IMG/VR virus record: IMGVR_UViG_3300020045_007943
Location: 1-43,691 of that record
Origin: a virus
Lineage: Duplodnaviria; Caudoviricetes
Reading direction: 5' to 3' (one strand)
Length of the DNA: 43,691 bases
Position numbers and translations under genes: made by a program. Below the pieces are notes generated by a model that was given only the letters and a program-made list of their open reading frames with translations, did no database searches and was not told the origin of the DNA. Shown here in pieces: positions 27,160 to 36,858 of the stretch (positions are counted from its first letter, which is position 1; the number at the start of each line of letters is the position of its first letter).

Positions 27160-30100
27160 AGGCGAATTTATAGACATATTAAGCCCGTCGGCATTATCGG
27201 ACTTAGCTAAGGGTATTAAAAGCACGAAGGAGCTTGTTAAGGAAATAAATAAAGCCCTTGATGCTCAGGGTAAACTTAACAACAACGGTAAAAGCCCGTC
27301 AGCATCCGCAACTAATACCAGTAGCAACAATTCGTCTACTGCCACCGCCAACAAACTTGCATCAGAGAACGCCAGGCTCACACAACGCCTTGCAGATTTA
27401 AAGAAAGCCGAAGCATTAGAAAATGCAAAGCTACGTGTAGAGATTGAGAACCTAAACAAGCAGCAAAAACAAGCAGCTAAAGAAGCGTTAGGCGTATTAA
27501 CATCATACCAAAAGTTATCGGCAGAACTTAACGAGCTTAGAGGTGAGGCTAAGGCTGTTGCCGCCGATATGTTTAACCTTGAACAGGCGGGAGAAAAGAA
27601 CAGCGACCAATACAAAGAACTTGCCGCTACATACGCTAGATTATCACAACGTGTGGGAGTTTTGCATACAGGATTGACGGGTATAGATAGGAGTTTAGGC
27701 GACCATAGGCGCGAGGTTGGTAACTATGAGAATGCTTGGAACGGATTAGGCAATGCTATTAATCAGCTTAGCCGTGAGGCTCCTGCTTTTGCTGTTAGTA
27801 TTAGCACCGGTTTCTTAGCAATATCAAATAACATACCTACTCTTGTAGATGAGCTTGGGCAACTAACGCGCCGGAACAATGAATTAAGAGCGCAAGGGCA
27901 ACCAACTGTTAGTGTATTAAGGCAGTTTGCATCCTCTTTGTTTAGCTGGCAGACGGCATTAAGCGCCGGCGTAACATTGCTTACTTTATATGGGGCTAAA
28001 ATAATTGATTTTGCGTTCGGGGTACAGAAAGCCACAAGGCAAATAGACCAATTACAAGCGGCTCAGGAGCGTTATAATGATACGGTAGTAGAAGTTACCA
28101 CAAATAGCGAAAGAGAGCTTACAGCGTTGAACAGGCGCGTTGCTGTAGCACAGGACGTAACCAAGTCGGATAAGGAACGTGCAGCCGCAGCAAAAGAAAT
28201 TATATCCCAATACCCTGGCTATCTTGACGGGCTTACTGAAGAGCAAATAAGGTTAGGGTATTCCGCTAAAAACAATAAGGAATATGCGAAGCAAATACAG
28301 GCTTTAACCGCTGACATTCAAAAAAGGGTCGAGGCAGAAGCTAAGCAGGGGGCAAACCGTGAAAGCTTAAAGATTGCCGCTGAGCTTGAACAGGAAGCAA
28401 AAGTAAGGGAGCGTGTAAACAAGGCTGCTCAGGATTACTATAATAAATATGGTGATGATAGCGCTTATGCTAAATCAAGTGTTGACGCTCTAAGGAGACA
28501 GGTTAAGGCTCGTCAGGAATTGCTAAAGGAAGACCAAACGTTTATTGAAAAGTTCGGTGAACTTGGGGTTTCTGAAACAGGACGCGTTGATATGTTAGGG
28601 CTATATGAACCTGCACAAATAACAGAACTGCAGAAAAGGGCGCAGGAGTTAAGACGTGAAGTTGCTAAACAAAATGGCGAGATAAACCAAACATTTAAAG
28701 ATACGTCTCTGCTTGATTATAAAGCGGAAGGCAAACAGCAAATAGAAAGCTTAGTTGATTATTACGCCAGCAGGTACGAACTTATACGCACACAGTTAGA
28801 AAATGAGGCTAATGCTCAAAAGCTGATTATAGATGATGAGGCGAAAAGCCTAGAGCATCGAAACGCGGCAAATCAAGAATACCACAAAATACAGTTAGCA
28901 TTAGCTAAAGAGGCTTTTGTAGAACAAAAAAGATTATTAGATTATAATTTAGCAGAAGAAACGGCTAAACTACAAAAACGTGTTAAAGATAAGGAAATAA
29001 CAGAGAAAAATGCTAACGGGGTTATATACACTCTGCGTAGGCAATACCATTTTGATTTGCTTAAAGCAGAAGAGGACAACTCGGAAGCTATAAAGAATGT
29101 AAACAGGTCGCTTGCGGAAAGCCTTAAAGGTGTATGGCAAGAAATGGATCTTAAAAAGCAAACTAACCTTATTGATGAGAGGGAATTAGAGAATACACGC
29201 TCGTACGTTGCCGAACTTAAAAATATAGTTGATGGTAATGAGGATTATCAAAAAATATTAGCCGCCGAAAAGGAATTAAACGAAGCCAATGTAAGCCTAA
29301 CACAGGAACGACTGCAAGCTGAGGAACGGGCTATTGAAGCAGAATTATCGGCTTTCCCTGAGCGTGAAAGGAATAGCCAGGCTTACTTAGAACTACAGAA
29401 CAAACTTGTAGCCAAGACAAAAGAACGTGCAGAGGTTGATAAAAAGAGCGCAGAGGAAGCTGCCGAAGCAATGGCTAAGTTGCAAAAAGCTACCCAGGAC
29501 TATTTAGGTAAGTTTACAGACTTAGGACAATTCGGTTTTGAAGGACTTAACCCATTCCTTAAGTTAGAAGAGAATGGAAAAACAGCATTCCAAAACCTCA
29601 TGGCTGGGGCTAATACAACCGCGGAGAAAGTGGCCGTGGCATTTAACTCTATTAGCACCGTAGCTACACAGGCTATCGACTTCTTAGCCCAAAACCAACA
29701 AGCCCGCTTTGATGCTCAATATGCTGGCTTAGAAAAACAATATGAGTTAGACCAACAGTTTAACGCTAAAGGGGAAGAGGCGAAGGCAGAACTACAGAAG
29801 CAGTACGATGAAAGGCGACGTGAGATAAGGATAAAAGAGGCGAAGGCAGAAAAGGAGAACGCAATATTTAAGGCTATAATAAACACAGCCCAGGGTGTTA
29901 CTTCTGCGCTTGCAACGGCAAACATACCGCTATCAATTATTATCGCGGCATTAGGTGCTGCACAGGTCGCGAGTATTGCCGGTCGACAAATACCTGCTTA
30001 CGAGTTTGGTACAGCTAATCACCCGGGTGGTGCAGCTATTGTTGGGGATGGAGGACGCGCTGAGCTTATACACCAACCAAGTAGTGGGTGGAGCGTATCT

Positions 30101-30367
30101 CCAAGTGTACCTACATTAATGAACCTTGAACGAGGATCGGTTGTATTACCTGATGCAAATGCTTACAGGCGTGAGATCCCTGCCTCTATGGGCAGCGGTG
30201 GGGTAAGTATAGACTATGACAGATTAGGAGCGGCTGTAGGTTCACAAATACCTGCGCTTACAAGTATAGAGCTTACTAAAAGTGGTTTTAATTCCTATGT
30301 GGTAAAAGGTTCGGCACGTGCTAAATCATTCAATGATAGGATTAGTAGTGTGGGTAGAAAAATATAG
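27146..30367 (+). CDS. Tape measure protein
   Basis: 1073 aa, A/E/K/Q-rich coiled coil, REVGNYE motif, C-terminal AYEFGT...VGDGGRAELI. Confidence 0.9.
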   Translation: MAENKGEFIDILSPSALSDLAKGIKSTKELVKEINKALDAQGKLNNNGKSPSASATNTSSNNSSTATANKLASENARLTQRLADLKKAEALENAKLRVEIENLNKQQKQAAKEALGVLTSYQKLSAELNELRGEAKAVAADMFNLEQAGEKNSDQYKELAATYARLSQRVGVLHTGLTGIDRSLGDHRREVGNYENAWNGLGNAINQLSREAPAFAVSISTGFLAISNNIPTLVDELGQLTRRNNELRAQGQPTVSVLRQFASSLFSWQTALSAGVTLLTLYGAKIIDFAFGVQKATRQIDQLQAAQERYNDTVVEVTTNSERELTALNRRVAVAQDVTKSDKERAAAAKEIISQYPGYLDGLTEEQIRLGYSAKNNKEYAKQIQALTADIQKRVEAEAKQGANRESLKIAAELEQEAKVRERVNKAAQDYYNKYGDDSAYAKSSVDALRRQVKARQELLKEDQTFIEKFGELGVSETGRVDMLGLYEPAQITELQKRAQELRREVAKQNGEINQTFKDTSLLDYKAEGKQQIESLVDYYASRYELIRTQLENEANAQKLIIDDEAKSLEHRNAANQEYHKIQLALAKEAFVEQKRLLDYNLAEETAKLQKRVKDKEITEKNANGVIYTLRRQYHFDLLKAEEDNSEAIKNVNRSLAESLKGVWQEMDLKKQTNLIDERELENTRSYVAELKNIVDGNEDYQKILAAEKELNEANVSLTQERLQAEERAIEAELSAFPERERNSQAYLELQNKLVAKTKERAEVDKKSAEEAAEAMAKLQKATQDYLGKFTDLGQFGFEGLNPFLKLEENGKTAFQNLMAGANTTAEKVAVAFNSISTVATQAIDFLAQNQQARFDAQYAGLEKQYELDQQFNAKGEEAKAELQKQYDERRREIRIKEAKAEKENAIFKAIINTAQGVTSALATANIPLSIIIAALGAAQVASIAGRQIPAYEFGTANHPGGAAIVGDGGRAELIHQPSSGWSVSPSVPTLMNLERGSVVLPDANAYRREIPASMGSGGVSIDYDRLGAAVGSQIPALTSIELTKSGFNSYVVKGSARAKSFNDRISSVGRKI

Positions 30368-30475
30368 CCCAAAGTTACTATTATTCACTTAGGGCTAATT
30401 GCGGTTGGCATCCCTGCCTAATATTTCCAACTATTTTTTTAATCCGCTGGGGGTGTGTGTTTGGCTATTTCATAA

Positions 30476-30658
30476 TTAACATCCTAATTTATTTTTTTCG
30501 TGTTCATACTGTGCTTTTATCTCTTTGATAGCGGCAGGGTTTCCGTTAGCATTCTCTATGCTATTTAGGTATTGCTGGTACAAATCATCAGCTTCCTGAT
30601 CGCAGTTGGTGCAGCTTGTCATAAATATAAGGGCTGCGATTAGTAGTAGGTGTTTCAT
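30476..30658 (-). CDS. Small lipoprotein
   Basis: MKHLLLIAALIFMTSC lipoprotein signal. Confidence 0.7.
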   Translation of the reverse strand: MKHLLLIAALIFMTSCTNCDQEADDLYQQYLNSIENANGNPAAIKEIKAQYEHEKNKLGC

Positions 30659-30987
30659 AATGCTTTTAATTTTTGTTGATATTCATACTTTATCTTTTCA
30701 GGCGTTGCGGCTATATTAAAAAGATATTTAGTTTTAGAGCCATCTTTAATACACTCATCTGCTTTTGATATTGTATTTAAGTAGCTATTTGTTAGTTCTG
30801 ATTTTGAATACCTAACCCAATACGGGTGATTACTTGGCAAATCACAAGGCCTGACACCTGCAGGTAGTTCTAAATTAAGGTTTTCTTCGCAGTATTTTAT
30901 ATCTTTGTTTACCGCTGATACCCATTCATCCCAGTTATTAAAATCGGCGCTGAATAGTTCTTTATTGTTTAGAGATACGAATATCAT
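30655..30987 (-). CDS. Hypothetical protein
   Basis: Coupled ORF in antisense cassette. Confidence 0.6.
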   Translation of the reverse strand: MIFVSLNNKELFSADFNNWDEWVSAVNKDIKYCEENLNLELPAGVRPCDLPSNHPYWVRYSKSELTNSYLNTISKADECIKDGSKTKYLFNIAATPEKIKYEYQQKLKAL

Positions 30988-31237
30988 TATAAATTTTGTT
31001 AGCGATTATTATTGCGGATTCGCTGGCTTCTGTACGTGATAATGCAGCACCTAAAAACTTATCGATGCTCCATTGAAACAATTTACCATTGGTTTTTATA
31101 TTAATATAAATGCCTACACTGTCAAAAAATTTAGTACTATAGGCAAGAAATATTAAGTCTAAATCCATCAATTCAATTGGCAGGGATTTTATTACCCACG
31201 CCTCAAAATGTTCCTTTGCTTTTCCTGTTAGTATCAT
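30962..31237 (-). CDS. Hypothetical protein
   Basis: LTGKAKEHFEAW...FFDSVGIYI pattern. Confidence 0.7.
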   Translation of the reverse strand: MILTGKAKEHFEAWVIKSLPIELMDLDLIFLAYSTKFFDSVGIYINIKTNGKLFQWSIDKFLGAALSRTEASESAIIIANKIYNDIRISKQ

Positions 31238-31635
31238 AGCTCACGTTGTTTTATCATTGCATCGGCTTGTTTGTATGCGTCTTGTGAAATCCATTCGCTA
31301 ACAGTCAGTTTTTTAATGCTTGCTATATAACGATATCTTTCAAATTTTGCATCGGTGTCTATACCTGTAATCATACCTTGCATCGCTTTAGACGCAAAGT
31401 AATCTCTTAAAAATATATTGTTTTCATTTTTAACTTTTTCGTTTGAAAATAATTCTACAATTTCAAATTTAAGAAATTCGCTTATTTTTATTAAATCAGA
31501 TATAGATATACGTGAGTCGTTTTTCTCAAGTCTGCCATAGTTAGACTGAGTTACACCTAAAAAAGCACCTAATTGCTCCTGAGATACATTTTTGCTTTGA
31601 CGTATAAGTTTTATTTTGTTGCCTATTGTATTCAT
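31234..31635 (-). CDS. XRE-family HTH regulator fused to a small phage domain
   Basis: IGNKIKLIRQSKNVSQEQLGAFLGVTQSNYGRLE; C-terminal LRDYFASKAMQG...AYKQADAMI. Confidence 0.85.
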   Translation of the reverse strand: MNTIGNKIKLIRQSKNVSQEQLGAFLGVTQSNYGRLEKNDSRISISDLIKISEFLKFEIVELFSNEKVKNENNIFLRDYFASKAMQGMITGIDTDAKFERYRYIASIKKLTVSEWISQDAYKQADAMIKQREL

Positions 31636-32027
31636 ATAAATAGTCTTTTAATCCAGTTAGGTATGCGGTCTAGGCTTTCAAGATATGCATCCTGCCTTTT
31701 TAGTTGCTCATTAGCGCGTATTAGGGCTTTGGAGTTTTGCCTTAGCAATGCTCTTGTTTCCTCTACATCGCCAATAATAGCCTGAACATCGTTTTTAAAC
31801 TCTTGAAGTTTAGAATCAAGTTCTTCTTTTTTAATATCGTGAGCGATGCTTATTTCTCTTGTTATATCACAAGATATGCTAAGAGGATTATGTTTAATAT
31901 TTACCGGGATTTCTTTCAGTATGATGGTTATGGCAGGCTCTTTAATTTCTTTTAGCCTTATCACTTCTTCACGCTGCTTGCGTAAATTGTCGTACTCGCT
32001 TATTGGAATGGTTACTGTGTTTATCAT
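31632..32027 (-). CDS. Coiled-coil hypothetical protein
   Basis: TVTIPISEYDNLR start, IPNWIKRLF end. Confidence 0.65.
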   Translation of the reverse strand: MINTVTIPISEYDNLRKQREEVIRLKEIKEPAITIILKEIPVNIKHNPLSISCDITREISIAHDIKKEELDSKLQEFKNDVQAIIGDVEETRALLRQNSKALIRANEQLKRQDAYLESLDRIPNWIKRLFI

Positions 32028-32049
32028 TTTTTATCGGTGTTACTCAAAA

Positions 32050-32430
32050 TTAATCATAAACTCCTATTTCGATAAAATCGACGCTTTCAGAATAATATCC
32101 ATTGCTTGCACCAAACCAACGAACATCAACATATCCTTTTATTGTTGCAAATCTATAAAAAGTATAAGTGAAAGATTCCTCATACTCAGGAACTTCTCTA
32201 TTTTTTATATAATCTTCGTTTTCATATTCTTCTGATAAAGTTAGGGGAGTAAATAAAAGGTCTTTTAAATCTCCGTTTATATCATCTATTTCAACGCTTT
32301 CACAACAATCCTGTTCATGATACATTTTAAAGCTCCTGCCTTTGTCTGTAGTGAAAATTATTTCCGTTTCTTCTGTATTAACTTCTATTTCAATAAGAGT
32401 TAATCCTAATAAATCTTTTACTTGTGCCAT
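32050..32430 (-). CDS. Conserved acidic phage protein
   Basis: [11 protein letters not shown]...[26 protein letters not shown] motif. Confidence 0.8.
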   Translation of the reverse strand: MAQVKDLLGLTLIEIEVNTEETEIIFTTDKGRSFKMYHEQDCCESVEIDDINGDLKDLLFTPLTLSEEYENEDYIKNREVPEYEESFTYTFYRFATIKGYVDVRWFGASNGYYSESVDFIEIGVYD

Positions 32431-32451
32431 ATAATTTCAATTTATTTAAAA

Positions 32452-32541
32452 CATAAAACCCGTATAATCATTATGCGCATCACTGCATAAATCCTATACG
32501 GGCTGTATAATTTCTTTAAGTGCCTAAAGTGATGCGGCAAC
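32452..32541 (-). ncRNA. Candidate structured leader/small RNA with complementary loops
   Basis: Two hairpins with 8-nt complementary loops between a -7 box and a U-tract. Confidence 0.5.
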
Positions 32542-32545
32542 GGTA

Positions 32546-32574
32546 CAAACTTACACATTTTTTATTTACTTTTA
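32546..32574. promoter_or_regulatory. Divergent promoter boxes
   Basis: TAAGTTTG on minus strand (32546-32553); TACTTTTA variant on plus strand (32567-32574). Confidence 0.55.
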
Positions 32575-32578
32575 CAAC

Positions 32579-35185
32579 ATGGTAAAGAATTATTTTCATT
32601 TTATCACTTTGGGCGAGTCTAACCCCATTGAGGTGCGCGAGCCATTTGGCGGTGATGCGGTAGGATTTTCACTAAAGCGTGATGCACAGCGCAAAGGCAT
32701 TGATACAACATTCGCTGGAAATAGCGAGGCTAATTTTAGCATCCCAAACAGCGATGAGTATGCCTTTGATAAGTTGCTAACATCCTGGCTTATGAAAGGA
32801 TACGAAATGAATGTAAAGCACAGTATAGACTTCGGTACGGGGTTAACAGTTGTCGGAAATGTAGATGGCAAGACGCTAAAAACCGATACCGTAAATGAGA
32901 TTAAATTTACTGTAATACAAGAAACTGAGCAGGCTTTGTTTAAAAGGCGTTTTGACACTGCTGTAGATTTGCTTTCAGACCCGGTGCAATGCCCGGTTAC
33001 CAATGTGTTGCTTAAATCGCCTCCTGTTACGCTAAAAAGCAGCTGGAAGCTAACGGCAAGCAATTACATAATGTACCCTAATGGTAACACTATCTTAAAC
33101 GGGTATTTTAACCCGTTGCAGGTACAAGTAGATTATGATATTAAGGATAGCCTTACATGGCTTAGGCCTGATGCGTATGTGAATGGGAGCAACGATTCGT
33201 CAGATTACACCATGCCGCCTCAGAACTTCAAGTTATTACGTGCCGCTAACAACCTGAATAATGTTCAGGCTTCGTTTAGGCTGCATATGAAAACTGAATG
33301 GACGAATATAAACCCTCCACCAGTAGCGATGCAGGTTATAGGCCGCTTTGCTGTTGGTGAGGGCGACGAAACATTTAACGAGTTCCGTACTCTAATACAA
33401 AACGGAATTACGTTCTACAATACCGGCGCGCTTACATCAACTAATCAAAGCTATGAATATGATGGTACGTTTAACCTAACACTACCTAATATGCGCAGGG
33501 GGCAGGTGCTTTATATGGTTTGGCTACACGGTGCAGGCAGTGATATTGCCCTATCTAAAAATACGTTCTACGAGGCTAAGTTAGATATAAAAGCTTCTGA
33601 AACAGGATACAGCACCGTTATACCAATGATACGCTTACGAGATGCTATCAAATATGCGGCAAGCGGACTGGATGTTATTTGCCCGCGTTGGGAGTTTGGA
33701 GGCGAGTTCTACAACCAGTTTATAACTACGCCGTCATTGATGCGTAAAAAGTACACTACTTTTAATATCACGAATAAGACTATATACGATGAAATTATAC
33801 GCCCGGAAGTAAACGGAGATTACATTATACAGCCTGACAGTAAAATATTTGTTGGTATTTACGATGACTTTTACAGGGATTTCCAGTGTGCCGACTTTAA
33901 GCAGACTTTGTTTGAAGATTTTGAGCAAGGTAATGTAGAGGATACGCCTAACCAATTCAAATTATCATTCAAGGAATATGCCTCCCAAAAGGAAATTACA
34001 AAAGATAACAGCGGACAAATTACCAGTGGAGAGACAGCCCACACAATCAATAACAATAGCGTTGAGGATACTCGCGAGGTAAACATAGGCGGTGTTAGGG
34101 ACGGCATTTCAATTGCAGGTTACCAACAGGCTATATTTGAGCTTACAAGCGATGAAGTAAGCCAGGATGATGACAAGGTAGTAATTATTGATTGCGTTCC
34201 TAAAACAGGTTCGGTTAAGTTTACAGAAACAAGCCAGTTAAGGCATAAGGTTGATGAAGATGTAGACAACAAGCTTACGTTAACAATCGCCACCGATGAA
34301 GGCGAAACATTTAGTTGGGGCGATTTAGGCATTAATATTACCGACAACTTCAACATCCTTAACGGCGATAACACAGGGCAGTACACCGTGTTTAATATTG
34401 ATGGATTGGATATAGTGCTGCTAAAAGTGGGCGGATTAGATCCTGTGGCTATATCAAGCCTAAACACCACTTACGAATACTTTGTAAATAGCAGCGTACA
34501 GGTAATGAACCGAACCAACGAGGGCTTTACATCAATATCCGGCATAGACGACCCTACACGCGCTATTAACTTAGATTGGACGGTGCGCCGTATTATGGAG
34601 CGTTTCTACAAGCAGTCATTAGGTACGGATACTTTCTTTGCCGATGACAAAACAATGAAGAACACCATATACAAAAATAATCGTGCTGCTACCATAAACG
34701 GCGTACGTGAAGATTCGGACTTTACACCATCTACCCCTATTTTAACGCCATTCACTCGTAATTTAACGGTCTTAGCCACTTTAAACGAGTTCTTCGATAT
34801 GCAGGATAAACTACGTTATCAGCGGGGCTATGTGCGTTGCTATGACCCCGATAAATGGCCTGTAGATTTATTCCTAACTGAAGCAAACTGGACTGTGGTT
34901 AAGCGAGGAACTTTAGAGGGGCAAATAGTACTTAAAGGGCAGGTTATGTACAGGGAGTTCCTGGTTGATATTATAGCTATTGGTGGGGTAGTAACCTTTA
35001 ATAATGACATCACCCCGTCTGCGTTTAGTTTCGCTGACAAGGGTGATGGATGGTTTGAATTCTACGATGCGACAGGCAAACGTTTGTTTAGCCGTGTGCA
35101 ATATAACCGTGTACGCATTAACGGTGGCAATGCAGCTGTTAGTTCTGAGGAATTGGGTATATGGCTTAGTCAGTATTCTCTGTAG
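32579..35185 (+). CDS. Large tail tip/hub protein
   Basis: 868 aa beta-rich protein, first structural gene after tape measure. Confidence 0.65.
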   Translation: MVKNYFHFITLGESNPIEVREPFGGDAVGFSLKRDAQRKGIDTTFAGNSEANFSIPNSDEYAFDKLLTSWLMKGYEMNVKHSIDFGTGLTVVGNVDGKTLKTDTVNEIKFTVIQETEQALFKRRFDTAVDLLSDPVQCPVTNVLLKSPPVTLKSSWKLTASNYIMYPNGNTILNGYFNPLQVQVDYDIKDSLTWLRPDAYVNGSNDSSDYTMPPQNFKLLRAANNLNNVQASFRLHMKTEWTNINPPPVAMQVIGRFAVGEGDETFNEFRTLIQNGITFYNTGALTSTNQSYEYDGTFNLTLPNMRRGQVLYMVWLHGAGSDIALSKNTFYEAKLDIKASETGYSTVIPMIRLRDAIKYAASGLDVICPRWEFGGEFYNQFITTPSLMRKKYTTFNITNKTIYDEIIRPEVNGDYIIQPDSKIFVGIYDDFYRDFQCADFKQTLFEDFEQGNVEDTPNQFKLSFKEYASQKEITKDNSGQITSGETAHTINNNSVEDTREVNIGGVRDGISIAGYQQAIFELTSDEVSQDDDKVVIIDCVPKTGSVKFTETSQLRHKVDEDVDNKLTLTIATDEGETFSWGDLGINITDNFNILNGDNTGQYTVFNIDGLDIVLLKVGGLDPVAISSLNTTYEYFVNSSVQVMNRTNEGFTSISGIDDPTRAINLDWTVRRIMERFYKQSLGTDTFFADDKTMKNTIYKNNRAATINGVREDSDFTPSTPILTPFTRNLTVLATLNEFFDMQDKLRYQRGYVRCYDPDKWPVDLFLTEANWTVVKRGTLEGQIVLKGQVMYREFLVDIIAIGGVVTFNNDITPSAFSFADKGDGWFEFYDATGKRLFSRVQYNRVRINGGNAAVSSEELGIWLSQYSL

Positions 35186-35429
35186 CCTCGCGCTCGGTTA
35201 CTATCCAGTTATGACCATTAATATGCCCACTTTCATTTTCAATGTTAGAAATTCTATGCCCCACATCATCTTTTATGTAAAAACCCCACCCTTTTGATTC
35301 GTCTCCGCTATTTTTATCTGCCCAATAACCTATTACAGTATATTCCTTACCCTTTGTAATATCTGTTGCATCTATAGGCGCCACCACCTTTAGCGGCTTA
35401 CCTGTTCCTTCAATGTGTATGTGTTTCAT
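35166..35429 (-). CDS. Hypothetical protein
   Basis: ITKGKEYTV..FYIKDDVG motif; converges on the tail gene with 20-bp overlap. Confidence 0.6.
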   Translation of the reverse strand: MKHIHIEGTGKPLKVVAPIDATDITKGKEYTVIGYWADKNSGDESKGWGFYIKDDVGHRISNIENESGHINGHNWIVTEREATENTD

Positions 35430-35596
35430 TTTGCCTTTCCTTTTCGTGTTGTTCAATTTGTTTCTTGTACTGATTTTCTAAGTGATGCCACCTGCCTTTA
35501 TAATATCCAATGAAGTATGCTAAATGGCTTATCAGTGTTATTATAGATATTACAGGTATTATTGCTAAGTATATCATGTTGTCATATGTAAAACGT

Positions 35597-35860
35597 TTAG
35601 TTGTTGATTACAAGTAGTGAGGTCTTATAATTTATTTCATCAAGAGTTAACTTTTGCTGATTTAGCAATTCTTGACAATTAATATAGTCTTGTTTCTTTA
35701 TTAAATGACTATAGTTTTTAAATTGTGAATGTAAATCTGTTATTTCTTTAATCAAAATCTCATTTTTATAAAGGCTAATTTCATCTATACAGCTATATCT
35801 TTTATTGCTGTTTAATAAAAAACACACAACAACTGAACAAAGTATTAAAAACATTTCCAT
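35597..35860 (-). CDS. Hypothetical protein with N-terminal hydrophobic segment
   Basis: MEMFLILCSVVVCFLL. Confidence 0.55.
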   Translation of the reverse strand: MEMFLILCSVVVCFLLNSNKRYSCIDEISLYKNEILIKEITDLHSQFKNYSHLIKKQDYINCQELLNQQKLTLDEINYKTSLLVINN

Positions 35861-35865
35861 AAGTT

Positions 35866-36240
35866 CTAAGGTGTTAATTTTAAAGCCTCTTGTAATCCCG
35901 TCTCTAAAGCGTCTTCGTAGGTGGTAAATCTGTTGTCTATGTTATAGTATTCGCCGCCTTGTATCTTAAAAACACAGACTCGGTAATCTCCTGAGTTAGC
36001 TGTGCAGTCAATTATTATATGCAAGCCATGCACCTCCCTGATCCATTTTTGTAATATTGATTGTCTAACAGCGTGTGTTTTTTCAAATGTAGCTCCCTTT
36101 ATAAAATCTTTAGTTAATAAAGCTTGCGGGGTATATCCGTCTTTGTTTCCTCTATTGTCGTAGTATGGGCTACCCACAGAATTAAAACCCTTTTCTTTAG
36201 CCAGCTTAGCCGTCTCGAATGTGATTAGTTGTTCTTGCAT
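35866..36240 (-). CDS. Hypothetical phage protein
   Basis: ITFETAKLAKEKGF...QSILQKWIREVH...TYEDALETGLQEAL pattern. Confidence 0.75.
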   Translation of the reverse strand: MQEQLITFETAKLAKEKGFNSVGSPYYDNRGNKDGYTPQALLTKDFIKGATFEKTHAVRQSILQKWIREVHGLHIIIDCTANSGDYRVCVFKIQGGEYYNIDNRFTTYEDALETGLQEALKLTP

Positions 36241-36244
36241 ACCT

Positions 36245-36565
36245 TTAACAATTACCGCCTGCAGACGCAGACCATAGATGACTACCATATTTCACTTCTC
36301 CGTAACCTGGCGTTACCGGCTCGTCAAAACCCATGTGAGGATTGTATAAGCTGTTAGGTCGCCATTTTACAGTGTATATCTGCCCCTGAAAGCGTATTAC
36401 CGCCGAGCCTGTTTGTACTCCCCAAGTTCCCGACTGGCAGAGTATCTGAATATCGGACGTTATTTGGTAAGTATATCCTGAATCTGTTGTGATTAGATAC
36501 TGCTTGTTGTTACCGTTGTAAACGAATGCCACAATAAGGGCGAAAATTGTAATTAGTGTTTTCAT
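36245..36565 (-). CDS. Putative exported protein
   Basis: MKTLITIFALIVAF signal-like N-terminus. Confidence 0.55.
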   Translation of the reverse strand: MKTLITIFALIVAFVYNGNNKQYLITTDSGYTYQITSDIQILCQSGTWGVQTGSAVIRFQGQIYTVKWRPNSLYNPHMGFDEPVTPGYGEVKYGSHLWSASAGGNC

Positions 36566-36567
36566 TT

Positions 36568-36858
36568 TTAATGTTTATGATGATTAATGCAATCCTGTTC
36601 TGTTTCAAATATTATCTCCTGCCCTGATAATCCTAAATCAATATTCATCAATTTAGCCAATCCTACAAATTGGTTTTTATCTCCTTTTATTATCATATGC
36701 CCCGCAGATTGTAACCTGTTAGGGTCTTCTGTTTTGTGGCATGTAAAAGTATTCGACTGCAATATTTCTGCCATCCTACTTTCTCCAAGCCAACCTTGCT
36801 GAATATCTTTTCTAAAGGGGCAATCTTTACAAGGCTTCTTTACGTTAGGCAGTTTCAT
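36568..36858 (-). CDS. Cys/His-rich phage protein (DUF6283-like)
   Basis: KPCKDCPFRKD...FTCHKT. Confidence 0.65.
   Translation of the reverse strand: MKLPNVKKPCKDCPFRKDIQQGWLGESRMAEILQSNTFTCHKTEDPNRLQSAGHMIIKGDKNQFVGLAKLMNIDLGLSGQEIIFETEQDCINHHKH

Noticed and set aside
19175-30000. Many 60-120 aa minus-strand ORFs in the ORF track over structural genes
   Set aside because: Antisense shadows of long plus-strand genes with no recognisable motifs
30395-30450. tRNA-like GCGG...CCGC ends
   Set aside because: No T-loop (TTCRA) or anticodon arm
35480-35489. AAGTGATGC match to the loop sequence of the 32452-32541 RNA
   Set aside because: A single 9-mer match in 44 kb is compatible with chance and lies inside a small ORF
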